Source: Bacteroidota bacterium (GTDB lineage Bacteria > Bacteroidota > Ignavibacteria > UBA10030). From it: 64,000 nt of DNA. Under the pieces are notes generated by a model. It did no database searches and was not told the DNA's origin. It saw nothing but the letters and a program-made list of their open reading frames with translations. The position numbers and the translations under genes were made by a program. Shown here in pieces: positions 51,135-62,051 of this stretch; positions within the stretch are counted from its first letter, which is position 1, and each line of letters opens with the position of its first letter. The stretch lies in the NCBI GenBank assembly GCA_035499415.1, contig DATJYV010000029.1, positions 589-64,588 of the forward strand. Reading direction: 5' to 3'.

Positions 51135-54093
51135 CCCGAACCGGAAATGTCGCCTCGACCCGGGTCCCTTCGTGGACGTGCGAACTCAATCGAAACGTCC
51201 CGCCCGCCTCTTCCGTCCGCTTCCGCATGTTTGCCAGTCCGTTCCCTTCGTTTTTTTTCTCCGCGCTCAAACCTACCCCGTTATCACTGACGACAACGGC
51301 GAGGCTTGAGCCGGTGCGATGGAAGGAAATGGAGGCGGCGCTGGCCCTTGAATGACGGGCGACGTTCGTAAGAGCTTCTTTCGACAGGAGCAGCAGACTC
51401 CGCATCCCTTCGGAGCTCATTCGTATTTCCCCAACCCCCTCCCCCACGTCAAAATACAACCGGATGTTCCTGCCTTCGCACATCTCATAGGCAAAGGACC
51501 GAAGACGCTGGACCAGCCGCTCGAGGGAGTCATGCGTGGGGTCGATGGACCAGACGACATCGCTCATGTTTTCGATAAGCTCACGGGCGGTTTCCGAGAC
51601 TTTTTCGAGGGATTCCTTGACCGTCGTGCCATCTCCCGGCAGCGATGAACCCTCTTCGCCCGCAGAAACCTGCCGTCGCACGACATCGGACAGAATGGCG
51701 ATGCGTGTCAATCCCGACCCGATATCGTCGTGCAAATCGGTCGCAATGCGCGAACGAATCCGCTCGATCTCTAGAAGACGCTGCAGACGAAGTCGCACGG
51801 CAATCACGATCGTCGTTAAGAGCAAGATCGAAAAGGCGGCGACGAACCACGGCCGGCGCCAGATCGGGGGGACGATGACGAACCGGATCGTTGCCGGATG
51901 CGCGCTGACCACCCCGCTGTTTTTCACCGCTCGAATTTCGAGCGCGTATGAACCCGGAGCAAGTGCGCCAAAAAAGAAATGGCGATCCTTCCCGGGCGGC
52001 TGCCAGTTGTCATTTGAGCCGAGCAGACGGTACTGGTACCGAAGCTCACCCTCTTCCCGCAGGCTGACTCCCGCAACTTCCACCGTGCAGTTATTTTCAT
52101 CGCTGCTGATTTCCAGTATTCCCGACGTTGGCTTGTCTCTCCCGTTAACCTGGAATTGGCTGACCACGATCGGCGGGGGAATGGTGTTCGGCGCGTCATG
52201 CTCAAAATCGTAGACCGACAGCCCCGCCTCGGAGACGTACCAGAATTTGTGCGAACCCGTCTCGCCGCATCCATACACCGGTGAGCCGGTCATTTCCTTC
52301 ACCGTCTGAAAAACCCGCGTCGCCCGGACCAACGACTGCACTCCCATTTGCGTCCCGACCCAGATCGATCCCTGTTCGCTTGCGGCAATGCACCAGACTG
52401 CTGTGCTGAGCAATCCTTCCTTGAGCGATACCGGGACGAACGACGAGTCGGATAAGTACGCAAGCCCGCCATATCTCATGCCAATCCACAGACGACGGTC
52501 GGGTGTCTCGATGATCGCACGGATGGAAGTATTGGGGAGCCCGTCTGCCAGCCCGAAGCGATGCACCGGCCCCATCCGTTTTTCTCCCGCGCGGATGAGG
52601 CCCAGGCCTTCCGAATAACCTCCCAACCATATATTCCCGGCCCGGTCTTCACAGAAGGCCCGAATGGAGCCGTCGAACAAACCGTTTTCAACGGTGAGTT
52701 TCCGCACCAGGGAAAAGTTATTGTCGGGATCCAGAACCCGGATACCAAGGTTACCGTCAAGACTGATCCAGAGCAAACCCTCCATGTCAACACGAATGAA
52801 AAGGGGATGCGCATTCGGATATTGAGCGCCCGGTCGGATATGAACCAGCGGAGTGAGGGAGGAGAATCCGCCAGCGCCCGGCTTGATTGCAAACTCGGAT
52901 ATGCTCCCGTCGCGGAGGGACACCCAAAGATGGTTTTGCCGGTCGAACGTAACCGTCCATGGGGCTGCTTCGCCTTTTCGTGTCTCATTCGGGTGGATGA
53001 GCTTCCTCCATCCGCCGGTTGAATCCTCACGGAATTCCCCGATTCCCCGTTCAGTACACAACCAGATGTGGCCGCCGGAATCCACCGCTGCGGTGGCGTT
53101 GTTCGGTGCAAACGGAATGACTCCCACCGGATAGGTTCTGATATTCCGATTCGTCAGCTTCGCCAATCCGGAGGAGGAACAGGCAATCCAAAGGTCCCCT
53201 TCGGAATCGACAGTCCCCGCGATCATGCCGGGCGGCAATCCGTTCTTCCCGGCATAGTGCACCATGTTCATTCTACCGTCCCGCACTCCCTCAACCAGGA
53301 AAAGGCCCTGCGCAGCCGCAATCCAGACGGCGCCCGATTTGTCGAGGGCGATGAATGAATGGCCGCCGCTTCCGGTGGAGAGCGTCCGTCGAACACCCTC
53401 GTTCTCAAAAAGCAGTACCCGGCCGGCGGAGGTTGCGAGCCATTCGATCCCCTTCCCGTCCGCGCAACCCGTTTCGATCAACTCATTCTTCCGCAGGCTC
53501 AGCGGGAGTACGCGCGGAGGGAGTTTGGGATTTGTGCAGACATGAATCGAGGTGGAGCCAACAATCCACACCGTCGAATCGCTCGCTCGAAGCATCGTCG
53601 GGATGTCGCCCCTTATTTCCTCCGCACGGAACGGAACGAAGGCGGTATCAACAAGAACAAAGACCCCCCTCGTTGTTCCCGCCCAGACCCGCCCGCTCCC
53701 GTCTTCGGCGATCGATTCGACGATATTCGTCCACGGGTTCCTTCCCAGGCGAAAGGTCTGAAAACGTCCGCCGGAGAATCTGCTCACTCCGCCGCCGTTT
53801 GTCCCGACCCACAATACGCCGGGCTGCGATCGGCTTTCGATGATACATGTGACGCGGCTGAGCGCAAGGCCGTCTGCAACGGTGTAATTCCTGAACGATG
53901 TGCCGTCATAGGACGTAAGGCCCTCGTTGCTTCCGATCCAGAGGAGCCCGCCGGAATCGACGGCAAGCGCGAGCAGAAAGTTGGACAAGAGTCCGTCGCG
54001 GGAAGTATATCGGCTGAACGGCAGAACCTGCGTCCGGGCGGTGAGGAGGCAGAGGGCAAGTGCTGCCGTGAGGACAGACGTTCGTTTCATCAC
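51130..54093 (-). CDS. Ligand-sensing hybrid-architecture histidine kinase (periplasmic two-component-regulator beta-propellers plus Y_Y_Y domain - TM - HisKA_3 - HATPase_c)
   Basis: 987 aa. Signal peptide. Many Reg_prop-type repeats (GLLWIGSNEGL, VLWVGTNGGG...). TM (WFVAAFSILLLTTIVIAV). HisKA_3 H-box ATDLHDDIGSGLT. ATPase. Cognate to the downstream NarL-type RR. Confidence 0.8.
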   Translation of the reverse strand: MMKRTSVLTAALALCLLTARTQVLPFSRYTSRDGLLSNFLLALAVDSGGLLWIGSNEGLTSYDGTSFRNYTVADGLALSRVTCIIESRSQPGVLWVGTNGGGVSRFSGGRFQTFRLGRNPWTNIVESIAEDGSGRVWAGTTRGVFVLVDTAFVPFRAEEIRGDIPTMLRASDSTVWIVGSTSIHVCTNPKLPPRVLPLSLRKNELIETGCADGKGIEWLATSAGRVLLFENEGVRRTLSTGSGGHSFIALDKSGAVWIAAAQGLFLVEGVRDGRMNMVHYAGKNGLPPGMIAGTVDSEGDLWIACSSSGLAKLTNRNIRTYPVGVIPFAPNNATAAVDSGGHIWLCTERGIGEFREDSTGGWRKLIHPNETRKGEAAPWTVTFDRQNHLWVSLRDGSISEFAIKPGAGGFSSLTPLVHIRPGAQYPNAHPLFIRVDMEGLLWISLDGNLGIRVLDPDNNFSLVRKLTVENGLFDGSIRAFCEDRAGNIWLGGYSEGLGLIRAGEKRMGPVHRFGLADGLPNTSIRAIIETPDRRLWIGMRYGGLAYLSDSSFVPVSLKEGLLSTAVWCIAASEQGSIWVGTQMGVQSLVRATRVFQTVKEMTGSPVYGCGETGSHKFWYVSEAGLSVYDFEHDAPNTIPPPIVVSQFQVNGRDKPTSGILEISSDENNCTVEVAGVSLREEGELRYQYRLLGSNDNWQPPGKDRHFFFGALAPGSYALEIRAVKNSGVVSAHPATIRFVIVPPIWRRPWFVAAFSILLLTTIVIAVRLRLQRLLEIERIRSRIATDLHDDIGSGLTRIAILSDVVRRQVSAGEEGSSLPGDGTTVKESLEKVSETARELIENMSDVVWSIDPTHDSLERLVQRLRSFAYEMCEGRNIRLYFDVGEGVGEIRMSSEGMRSLLLLSKEALTNVARHSRASAASISFHRTGSSLAVVVSDNGVGLSAEKKNEGNGLANMRKRTEEAGGTFRLSSHVHEGTRVEATFPVRG

Positions 54094-54259
54094 ACAATCG
54101 AAGGGGGCGGCGACCGCCCGGAGTGGACGGTCGGGAAAATGATAGAAGAAGATGCCGACAGAAGCAAATAAAGTCTTCGCGGCGTCAACCAGAGAAACGC
54201 TGCTGCGAATCTGCTGTGCGGAGACTGAATCCCGGGTCAGCGGGAAACAGCGGGAAGGT

Positions 54260-55324
54260 TCAAATACAGACTTGTTCGCGAATATGTGCGGGGATAAGAC
54301 GGGAACCGGGGATCACGCCCGACCAGAGAGCTTTTCCCACGTCGGACAGAAACGACCAGTAGGATTGGTATACGGAGGAGCCGGCTTCCTCGAAGTCGTG
54401 CTGCAGCAATGCGTGGATACGGGGGAGGTTGTACCACGGTACGCCTGGATAGAGATGGTGCTCGAGGTGATAATTAATATTGCAGATCATGAAGGACAGA
54501 AATCGATTCGACGTGACGGTGCGCGTGTCGTTCAGCTCGTTGCCGTGCGTCGTAAAACCATGCTCCGCGATGCCTCGAATGTTCGCAATTTGGCCTGCGA
54601 TGAGGAGCGGAATGATCCATCCGTTGAGAAGGATTGCGACAGGGATGTAAAGGATTGCGGTCACGACCGCAAGTGCGGTGAGGGTCAGCTCGAGGATGAT
54701 TCCTTTTCGCTGATCCTTGTTCCCTTTTCGCAATGCCGCGGCCGGAACGGAAACAAGATAGAGATAGACCCCCGCGAAGAAAATGGCGACGTAGACGATT
54801 CTCAGGAGTACAGAATTCTTCGAAACGTTCTCGATATTGTCCGGGTCTCCTTCACTCCCAAGAAATTTATGATGAAGAGGGTGCATGACCCGGTAGCCGG
54901 CAGATGAGAAGAGGACGGGCAACCCGCAGAGAAATCCGACCCAGCGGTCGACCCTCGGATTTCTGGTGATGAGATTGTGGGAAGACTCATGCGCAAGGAC
55001 GGAAAGCGTGCTCAGAGAGAGTCCCGCGAGCGCGAAGGCGAAGATGCGGAGAGTCATGATGTTCGAGGAGCACGCGATCCAGCCGCAGGTCAGCCAGATG
55101 AGATAATGAAATGGGATGACAAGATTCCACCACGGATTGAGCGAATGGAATTCTCTGATGGCATGTTTCTGTTCAGCAGTGAAGTCGTGCCGTGAGATTT
55201 TCCTTGCGCGGCTGCTGTCGTCACAAAAATAAATCGTCGAAGCCGCGCGCCCAAGAACGTGTTCGGTTTCCATGCTTCTGAACCCTGCACCCGATCCGTC
55301 GATATCACCTCTGCTTCGCACCAT
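54260..55324 (-). CDS. Membrane fatty-acid desaturase (FADS-like)
   Basis: Three His boxes HESSHN, HPLHHKF and HLEHHLYPGVPWYN with 4-6 TM helices. The start may be the internal METEHVL. Confidence 0.8.
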   Translation of the reverse strand: MVRSRGDIDGSGAGFRSMETEHVLGRAASTIYFCDDSSRARKISRHDFTAEQKHAIREFHSLNPWWNLVIPFHYLIWLTCGWIACSSNIMTLRIFAFALAGLSLSTLSVLAHESSHNLITRNPRVDRWVGFLCGLPVLFSSAGYRVMHPLHHKFLGSEGDPDNIENVSKNSVLLRIVYVAIFFAGVYLYLVSVPAAALRKGNKDQRKGIILELTLTALAVVTAILYIPVAILLNGWIIPLLIAGQIANIRGIAEHGFTTHGNELNDTRTVTSNRFLSFMICNINYHLEHHLYPGVPWYNLPRIHALLQHDFEEAGSSVYQSYWSFLSDVGKALWSGVIPGSRLIPAHIREQVCI

Positions 55325-55663
55325 ACCCGCGCCGGACGTTGTTCCCCTTCCTCACATATAAAATGGTCTCATGATCAACATGGAAACATGTGACGGCGAT
55401 ACTTCGTTCCAGCAACCGACAGCGTTTACGTCCGGTTGCCATCGCCGGCGCGGCAGTGCCGACTATCAATAGACGATTTTGCAGCGAGAAAGTTTTATCG
55501 GTTTGTTTTGCTTGGCGGGGATCTGCGACGGTTCGACCCCGGTTGCAGCCGGAATTGTGACACGTGTTGAAATTTGCTGCAGGAGGGATAAGATGTGTGG
55601 AAAACAGGGGAAAAACCGAGTCTCCCCGTGGAAGGGAATCCGTGAAAAAGGCGCCCGTCGGAC

Positions 55664-58327
55664 CTAGGTGTCGATGATCTTCCTGATTCTCCGGAGAACG
55701 TCTTCTATGGCATAGGGTTTTGGGATGACATCCTTCACCCCCTTCTTGAGCATTTCAGACTTTTGTTCCGGATCGATGAACCCGGTCGCGACGATGGTCC
55801 GGACTGACGGATTCACTTCGCGCATTCTCTGAAAGAGGGACAAGCCATCCATTTTCGGTAGACCAAAATCCGAGAATACAAGTGAGATCTCGCGGTGGTG
55901 CTTGGAGAAAATCTCGAGGGCCTCCTTGCCATCTCCCGCCGCGAGAACGGAGTATCCCTTGTCCCGAAGGTAGGTTAAGAGCAGCTCTTTCATCGCTTCC
56001 TCATCTTCCACAACCATCACTGTTTCCGTACCTCCGACGGTTGAATCGCTCCCGCCGGCCTTATCGACTTGGAGCTGAGCATTTTCCTGAGGGACAGGAA
56101 AGTAAACGGTAAAGGATGTCCCTTTGCCCGGTTCACTCTCAACGTCGATGACCCCTCCAAAACTCTTCACCGCACCGTAGACGACGGCCAAGCCGAGCCC
56201 CGTTCCTTTTCCCGCGGGTTTCGTGGTAAAAAAGGGCTCGAATATTCGTGCTCGCACATTTTCCGGCATCCCGACTCCTGAATCCGAAATCTGCACGGCG
56301 ACGTACGAGTCCGAATGCGCGTCCGAAATCCGCTTGCGGACGCCAAGTCCGGTTTCCAGAAATGTCCGGATCACCAGCGTACCTCCGGTCGGCATCGCGT
56401 CGCGAGCGTTCACGCAAAGGTTGAGTAATGCCTGATAGATCTGACTCTGGTCTGCCCTGATGGCGGGCATATCCCGGGCCGGCTCGACGGAGAACTCTAT
56501 GGTTTTTGGAAACGTTTCAATTAACATTCCCGACAACTCCCCCAAAAGTTGATTGAGATCCACGAGGTCGATGACAGACTCGCTCTTCCGGGCAAAAGTC
56601 AACAGTTGTCTCACGAGCCCGCTGCCCCTCTGGACGGCCTTCGTGATCGCGGCGACTGCCTCATCCATCTGGTCCGCTAAAATCGGCCTCCGCTGCAGGA
56701 GCGTGGAATACGCCAGAATGATACCGAGGATATTGTTGAAGTCGTGTGCGATTCCACCGGCAAGGGTTCCGATCCCTTCCAGCTTTTGAGACTGGCGCAG
56801 CTGCTCCTCCAACCGTCTGCTGGCCGTGACGTCCCGGGCGATGCCGAGCATGCCAACCGCTTTCCCTCTCAGGTACTGCGTCGTCGTGCTGAACTCACCG
56901 ACGAGATATTCGCCGTTCTTATGCCTGATGCGGTATTCGTTCGTGCCGGAAAAATTCCCCGCGATAACCGACCGGAACATTTCCGCTGCGCGTTGTCTGT
57001 CATCCGGATGGAGCAGATCGGTGAAGCTTTTACCCAACCATTCGGCAGGCAGCCAGCCGGTAATCGCTTCGAATGCCGGGTTGAGACTGGTGATGACGCC
57101 GCTGGTCGAAAGACTGAAGATCGCATCCCGGGCACCTTCCACCAGACTCCGGAATCGCTCTTCCGAATTACGGAGCGCCTCGAGGGCTTCGCGTCGTTCG
57201 GTGATGTCTCTTCCCACGGAGACGAAGTGGCTGATGCCACCCGCGTCGTCAAAGATCGGCGTAATGGTGTGTTCTTCAAAATACAGCTCTCCGTTCTTGC
57301 GCTTGTTGACAAATGATCCGCGGTACATCCGGCCGGAGAGAATGGTCGACCACAGTTCTTCATAAAATCTGAGCGGATGCTTTCCCGACTTCAGGATTCT
57401 CGGCGTTTTTCCTTCGACCTCGGCGCGCTGATAGCCCGTCGTCGATTCGAATGACGGGTTGACGTACTCGATCAGGCCGTTCTTGTCGGTGATGACGATG
57501 TTATCGCCCGTGCGCTCAAGTGCCCGGGATAGCTTGTTTAATTCGACTTGCGCATTCCGACGGATCGTCACATCCCTGTAATTCATGACAATCGCCGCAA
57601 GCGCCGGATCCTGAAGGAGATTTGTCACACTTCCTTCGATCCACCTCTCCGATCCATCTCCGGCCGCAAGACGCAGCGAGAGGGACAACGCCGCTCCCGG
57701 TCGGGACATCGAATCGGAGAGCATCGTGCGGAATTTCTCGCGGTCATCGTCGAGGATGAGGTCCGACAATGTTCGACCCCTGAAATCATCGGGTTCGTAT
57801 CCGATGACGCGCAGGGTCGAAGCACTGGCATAAAGAACTTTCCCCTCGGTGCTCAAGAGCGCGATGGCATCCTGGCTGTTTTCGACGAGAGACCGATGGC
57901 GTCGTTCGCTTTCTTCAAGCGCTCGCTCGGCCGCTCCACGGATCCGCCGGTTCTCCGCTTCCACCAGTGCCCGCCTCACCGCCGGCACAAGCTTGGAGAT
58001 CTTTGTCTTCAGGACGTAGTCGGTTGCTCCATTCAGCAATGCTTCGATTGCCGAATCTTCCCCGATCGTTCCGGAGAGAAAAATGAACGGCACCTCGGGC
58101 TGCTCGGCTGTCGCGATCTTGAGCGCCGTTTTGCCGTCAAAGCCCGGCAGCGAATGGTCCGAGATGATGAGGTCAAATCGAGCGCCGTTCAGAGCACGCA
58201 ACATTTCGTCGCGTGTCTGAACACGCGTGACATGACACTGAAAACCCTCCGATTCCAGAATCGACACGACGAGCTCGGCGTCGTGGTCGCTGTCCTCAAC
58301 GTGGAGGATGTCGATTGGGGAGCTCAT
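55664..58327 (-). CDS. Hybrid sensor histidine kinase: REC - 3xPAS - HisKA - HATPase_c - REC
   Basis: 887 aa. N-terminal receiver (ILHVEDSDHD...LIISDHSLPGFDG). PAS repeats. H-box GIAHDFNNILGII. G-box GTGLGLAVV. C-terminal receiver (VMVVEDEEAMKELL). Confidence 0.85.
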   Translation of the reverse strand: MSSPIDILHVEDSDHDAELVVSILESEGFQCHVTRVQTRDEMLRALNGARFDLIISDHSLPGFDGKTALKIATAEQPEVPFIFLSGTIGEDSAIEALLNGATDYVLKTKISKLVPAVRRALVEAENRRIRGAAERALEESERRHRSLVENSQDAIALLSTEGKVLYASASTLRVIGYEPDDFRGRTLSDLILDDDREKFRTMLSDSMSRPGAALSLSLRLAAGDGSERWIEGSVTNLLQDPALAAIVMNYRDVTIRRNAQVELNKLSRALERTGDNIVITDKNGLIEYVNPSFESTTGYQRAEVEGKTPRILKSGKHPLRFYEELWSTILSGRMYRGSFVNKRKNGELYFEEHTITPIFDDAGGISHFVSVGRDITERREALEALRNSEERFRSLVEGARDAIFSLSTSGVITSLNPAFEAITGWLPAEWLGKSFTDLLHPDDRQRAAEMFRSVIAGNFSGTNEYRIRHKNGEYLVGEFSTTTQYLRGKAVGMLGIARDVTASRRLEEQLRQSQKLEGIGTLAGGIAHDFNNILGIILAYSTLLQRRPILADQMDEAVAAITKAVQRGSGLVRQLLTFARKSESVIDLVDLNQLLGELSGMLIETFPKTIEFSVEPARDMPAIRADQSQIYQALLNLCVNARDAMPTGGTLVIRTFLETGLGVRKRISDAHSDSYVAVQISDSGVGMPENVRARIFEPFFTTKPAGKGTGLGLAVVYGAVKSFGGVIDVESEPGKGTSFTVYFPVPQENAQLQVDKAGGSDSTVGGTETVMVVEDEEAMKELLLTYLRDKGYSVLAAGDGKEALEIFSKHHREISLVFSDFGLPKMDGLSLFQRMREVNPSVRTIVATGFIDPEQKSEMLKKGVKDVIPKPYAIEDVLRRIRKIIDT

Positions 58328-58349
58328 AGGTTTTGCGTACCTTGCCCGA

Positions 58350-58808
58350 TTACTGTTGCGCGCTCTTAATACTTCCCGCCGGGGGCTCGTTTGTCAAGGC
58401 CCAGAAGACGCCCAGCCGCTTGACGGCGTTGACAAATTCGCCAAAGCTCACGGGCTTCACCACATAGGAATTGACCCCGAGGTTGTAACTTCGCGCGAGG
58501 TCTTGCTCCTCACGCGAAGAAGTGAGCATGACGACCGGCACCGATTTCAGGGACGGGTCCGATTTTACCTGCCGCAATACTTCCAAGCCGTCCACTTTCG
58601 GGAGCTTCAGGTCGAGAAGGACGACCGCCGGATTTCCGGGCTGGCGGGATTGGAAACTCCCCTTTGCAAAGAGGTAATCGAGCGCCTGCGCTCCGTCTTC
58701 CAGCACCACGACTTCGTTTGCGAGGTTGAATTCCCTCAAAGCTTCGAGGGTGAGTTCGACGTCGTTGGGATTATCTTCAACGAGCACGATCGATTTAAGG
58801 TCTTTCAT
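58350..58808 (-). CDS. Single-domain CheY-like response regulator
   Basis: 152 aa REC (IVLVEDNPNDVELT...VVLLDLKLPKVDG...VKP). Confidence 0.8.
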   Translation of the reverse strand: MKDLKSIVLVEDNPNDVELTLEALREFNLANEVVVLEDGAQALDYLFAKGSFQSRQPGNPAVVLLDLKLPKVDGLEVLRQVKSDPSLKSVPVVMLTSSREEQDLARSYNLGVNSYVVKPVSFGEFVNAVKRLGVFWALTNEPPAGSIKSAQQ

Positions 58809-60805
58809 GAGGCGTCCTCGGGTGATTGGATCGGTACAGTGAAGTACACGGAAGCCCCCTTGCCGACCTCTCCCGTCGCCCAGGTCCGGCCGCCGTGCCG
58901 GGTCACAATTCTGCGGACGTTGGCAAGCCCGACACCCGTGCCTTCAAAATCGCGTGTGTTATGGAGCCGCTGGAAGACGCCGAAAAGTTTCGGCGCATAC
59001 TGCATATCGAAGCCGACGCCGTTATCCTTTACGTAGAAAATAAACTCCTCGTGTTCGACGCGGCTTCCGACTTCGATGATCGATTCGTCCTTTTTACTGC
59101 TGTACTTCAATGCATTCGACAGCAGATTCGCCCACACCTGGCGAATCATCGATGCGTCTCCCGTGACCGACGAGAGGTCGCCGACGTTCCAATGAACGAC
59201 CCTTCCGTTGATTTGAGCCTTCAACTCCGCAATCGCATCCCGGACGAGCGCATTCATGTCGACCCGGGATTTCATCATCTCGACTCTTCCCATTCGCGAA
59301 AACGACAGGAGGTCGTCGATAAGATTCCCCATTTTCCGCGCCGCCTCGGAAATGATGTCGAGGTATCGCCTGCCCGCCGGACTCAAGCCCGACGATTCTT
59401 TTGAATGGAACAGCTCCACAAATCCGTCGATATGCCGGAGCGGAGCGCGCAAATCGTGAGAGACGGAGTAGGAGAACGCTTCTAATTCCTTGATGGCGGC
59501 TTCAAGCTGCGACGTGCGCTCAACAACGAGGTTCTCCAATTGTTCATGATGTTTCTTTAATTCCTCACTCAGCTGCTTTTCTTTTGTGATGTCCTCCGAG
59601 AGGATAAAGATACCCTCCGGCACCGGCTCGAGCTTCAGAGCGAACCATCCTTTTGAACCGTTGGGAAATGTGAATTCATTTTCCATCCGGTGGGGAAGAC
59701 GCTCCTCCATGCAACGCCGTATCACCGTCCATACTTCTGTCGCCTCAATGCCTGGCCACATGTCCATATATTTCTTGCCTAACAATTCCGCGTTGGGCCG
59801 GCGGTTATGTTTTTCTGCGGCGGCGTTGAGATAGAGATAGCGCCAGTCGTAGCCGATAATCTGACACCCTTCCAACATGTGGTCAAGCGTCGTTCTGAAT
59901 TTGTCTTCCGCAAGCTTCAGCTCGAAATTTGACTGCTCAAGAATTGCACGCGACTTGTTTGTAGACCGGGCACTGAAGTACAATGCTCCTGCAACAAGGA
60001 GAATGTTTGACAGCGTCATGATCGCAACGCCGAAGCTCGCATCGTAGTAACCCGATCGTTCACCGGTCAGACGCAACCAGCCGAGAAAAACAGGTCCGAT
60101 GACGACCACGGGCAGAACACGGCGCAAAGCAACACTCCCTGGTTCATCGCCGCTCAACGTTTTCATAATACCAAGGCCTGGGCGGACAAAAAGTATCCCT
60201 GCAGAGAGAAAAGCGAGCGAGAGGACCGTCAATACGCCAATCATTGAATAAAACCGGGTTTGCAGCAAATCTCCCGCTCCATACACGTACCCCAACCCGG
60301 GAAGCAGAACGACGACGAGGGCCATGAGCGCGATTAATTGACCCGCGTTAATCCACCTCTCGGTGCCGCACATCAGGAGCAGAGCTGTACCCAGAAGGGT
60401 CACCGTGATGGCGGACGCGGACGACATTGTTCCGGCGGAAGCAGGGGTCGGAACAGGAGACGAACTGATCCGGAGGAACTCTTCGAGTCCAGGCGTTTTG
60501 TTGAGAAGAGAGACAACGCCGATCAGAACCACAAGACAACTCAACGCCATCGTGATCGGTGGCATCCAGAAAGATTTCCGACTTTTCGTATTGAGAATTA
60601 CCAGGGCGAGTCCGCCGCTCGAGGTCGCGAGGGCGGTGAGGGGTCTCATCGGTGAAGAGCCGAAAATCCCGCCGATGAGAGCGGGGATTCCGAAGCACCA
60701 TCCCATGAGCACGATGGAGCCCGTACCGATGAGGACGAAGCTCACAAAGCTTGAGGATCGCTCAAACAGGCGGACAATCGGAGAGGTGGGGGATGTCTGA
60801 CTCAT
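58805..60805 (-). CDS. Membrane sensor histidine kinase (polytopic N-terminal sensor - PAS - HisKA - HATPase_c)
   Basis: 666 aa. About 6 N-terminal TM helices. PAS. H-box SHDLRAPLRHIDGFVE. ATPase G-boxes. Its stop overlaps the CheY gene start (4 nt). Confidence 0.8.
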   Translation of the reverse strand: MSQTSPTSPIVRLFERSSSFVSFVLIGTGSIVLMGWCFGIPALIGGIFGSSPMRPLTALATSSGGLALVILNTKSRKSFWMPPITMALSCLVVLIGVVSLLNKTPGLEEFLRISSSPVPTPASAGTMSSASAITVTLLGTALLLMCGTERWINAGQLIALMALVVVLLPGLGYVYGAGDLLQTRFYSMIGVLTVLSLAFLSAGILFVRPGLGIMKTLSGDEPGSVALRRVLPVVVIGPVFLGWLRLTGERSGYYDASFGVAIMTLSNILLVAGALYFSARSTNKSRAILEQSNFELKLAEDKFRTTLDHMLEGCQIIGYDWRYLYLNAAAEKHNRRPNAELLGKKYMDMWPGIEATEVWTVIRRCMEERLPHRMENEFTFPNGSKGWFALKLEPVPEGIFILSEDITKEKQLSEELKKHHEQLENLVVERTSQLEAAIKELEAFSYSVSHDLRAPLRHIDGFVELFHSKESSGLSPAGRRYLDIISEAARKMGNLIDDLLSFSRMGRVEMMKSRVDMNALVRDAIAELKAQINGRVVHWNVGDLSSVTGDASMIRQVWANLLSNALKYSSKKDESIIEVGSRVEHEEFIFYVKDNGVGFDMQYAPKLFGVFQRLHNTRDFEGTGVGLANVRRIVTRHGGRTWATGEVGKGASVYFTVPIQSPEDAS

Positions 60806-61440
60806 GGCGATGGCTAAGGTGACAGCGCCCGCCGGGACATGAGGGAAAATTCCTGACGCGCAGCCGTACTACGCGGAAGATGAGCGCACGTTCGCGCGAA
60901 CGAAGGATGAATGAGAGAGGTGACACCGTTGTGGCATCGCGCAGCGTTCACGTGAGTGCCACGAACCGAAAGAGAAAAAATCCCTCCTTCGTGAGATGGC
61001 TCTCCGAATGTGAAATGCACGGATTCCCCCCTACGCGTCAACAGCGAGTGATGGAAAAATCTACAGTAGGATGGTTCGCTTTGTCTCTGAGCGGTGGCCT
61101 AACCCGCCTGGATGAGAGAAGCGAGTTGATCGGAGTGAACATCTCTACCCCCTTCCATCTTTGCACAAATGCCTGAAATAGGTTCAGCCATTCCCTTCTC
61201 AGTTTTGAAAATAGCTGACTGTGGTAGTAAAGTCAAGCTAGTTCTCGAGACAATTCTGGGAATCTCAGAAAGCCTATGCCGTGCGGTCTAGGGACCGTTG
61301 GGTTAAGCAGGGTCGATTGAGAGCCGCTGAGTTATCAGAGCGAGGGAAACCGAAACGAGAACCTCCTGCATCCAGCCTATGGTGTCAGCGAAGAAAGAAG
61401 GAAACTTGTCTCGGAATGAAACACTCTTGGAATTCATAAT

Positions 61441-61824
61441 TCACTGCGCGACAAGACCCCCTCGAGACATGCTGAACGACCCTTCAGCCAGGTCGTCGAC
61501 GTAGTTTCCGGCGAGATGATTTTCACTCAGCTGGCCATCGAAGGCCCTGGAACCGTTCTTCTCAACAAGTTCGAAATGGATGGAGGTCGAATCGACCATG
61601 ATCCAGGCGAGTTGCGCGTCGAAGATACCTTCATGGGGAATGTCGATCGTACCCTTCACCCGGTCTCCGTCGTTCCAGAACCGGACTTCGAAGTCGACTG
61701 TCGAAGATGCAACCTCGTACTGACCAAACCAGCGCCCCTCGAGCGAAAGCGCCTGCTTTGCATGAAAGCCGAGCGCGATGAGCACCACCGCGCCGAGAAC
61801 AAATGCTCCTGCTGTCCGCCTCAT
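61441..61824 (-). CDS. Small secreted hypothetical protein
   Basis: 127 aa with an N-terminal signal peptide (MRRTAGAFVLGAVVLIALGFHA). No recognisable motifs. Confidence 0.35.
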   Translation of the reverse strand: MRRTAGAFVLGAVVLIALGFHAKQALSLEGRWFGQYEVASSTVDFEVRFWNDGDRVKGTIDIPHEGIFDAQLAWIMVDSTSIHFELVEKNGSRAFDGQLSENHLAGNYVDDLAEGSFSMSRGGLVAQ

Positions 61825-62051
61825 TTCACCACCCTCCTAGTTAAGAACTCAAACGATGATCTGTCATACGCGCCGAGAACGCATTTGTTGCGTGCGTTCG
61901 CACCGGCGCTGATGTGTTCTAAGACTCCGACTATTCCCGAAAGGTTGCAGAAGTTTGGGCCTGATAGAGCAAATGGAATCTGTCCGCCGGTCCCATGTTC
62001 CAAGCCCCGGCTTTCGCACCTGTCCTGCCCCGGCTGCCGACGGGCAGCCGC

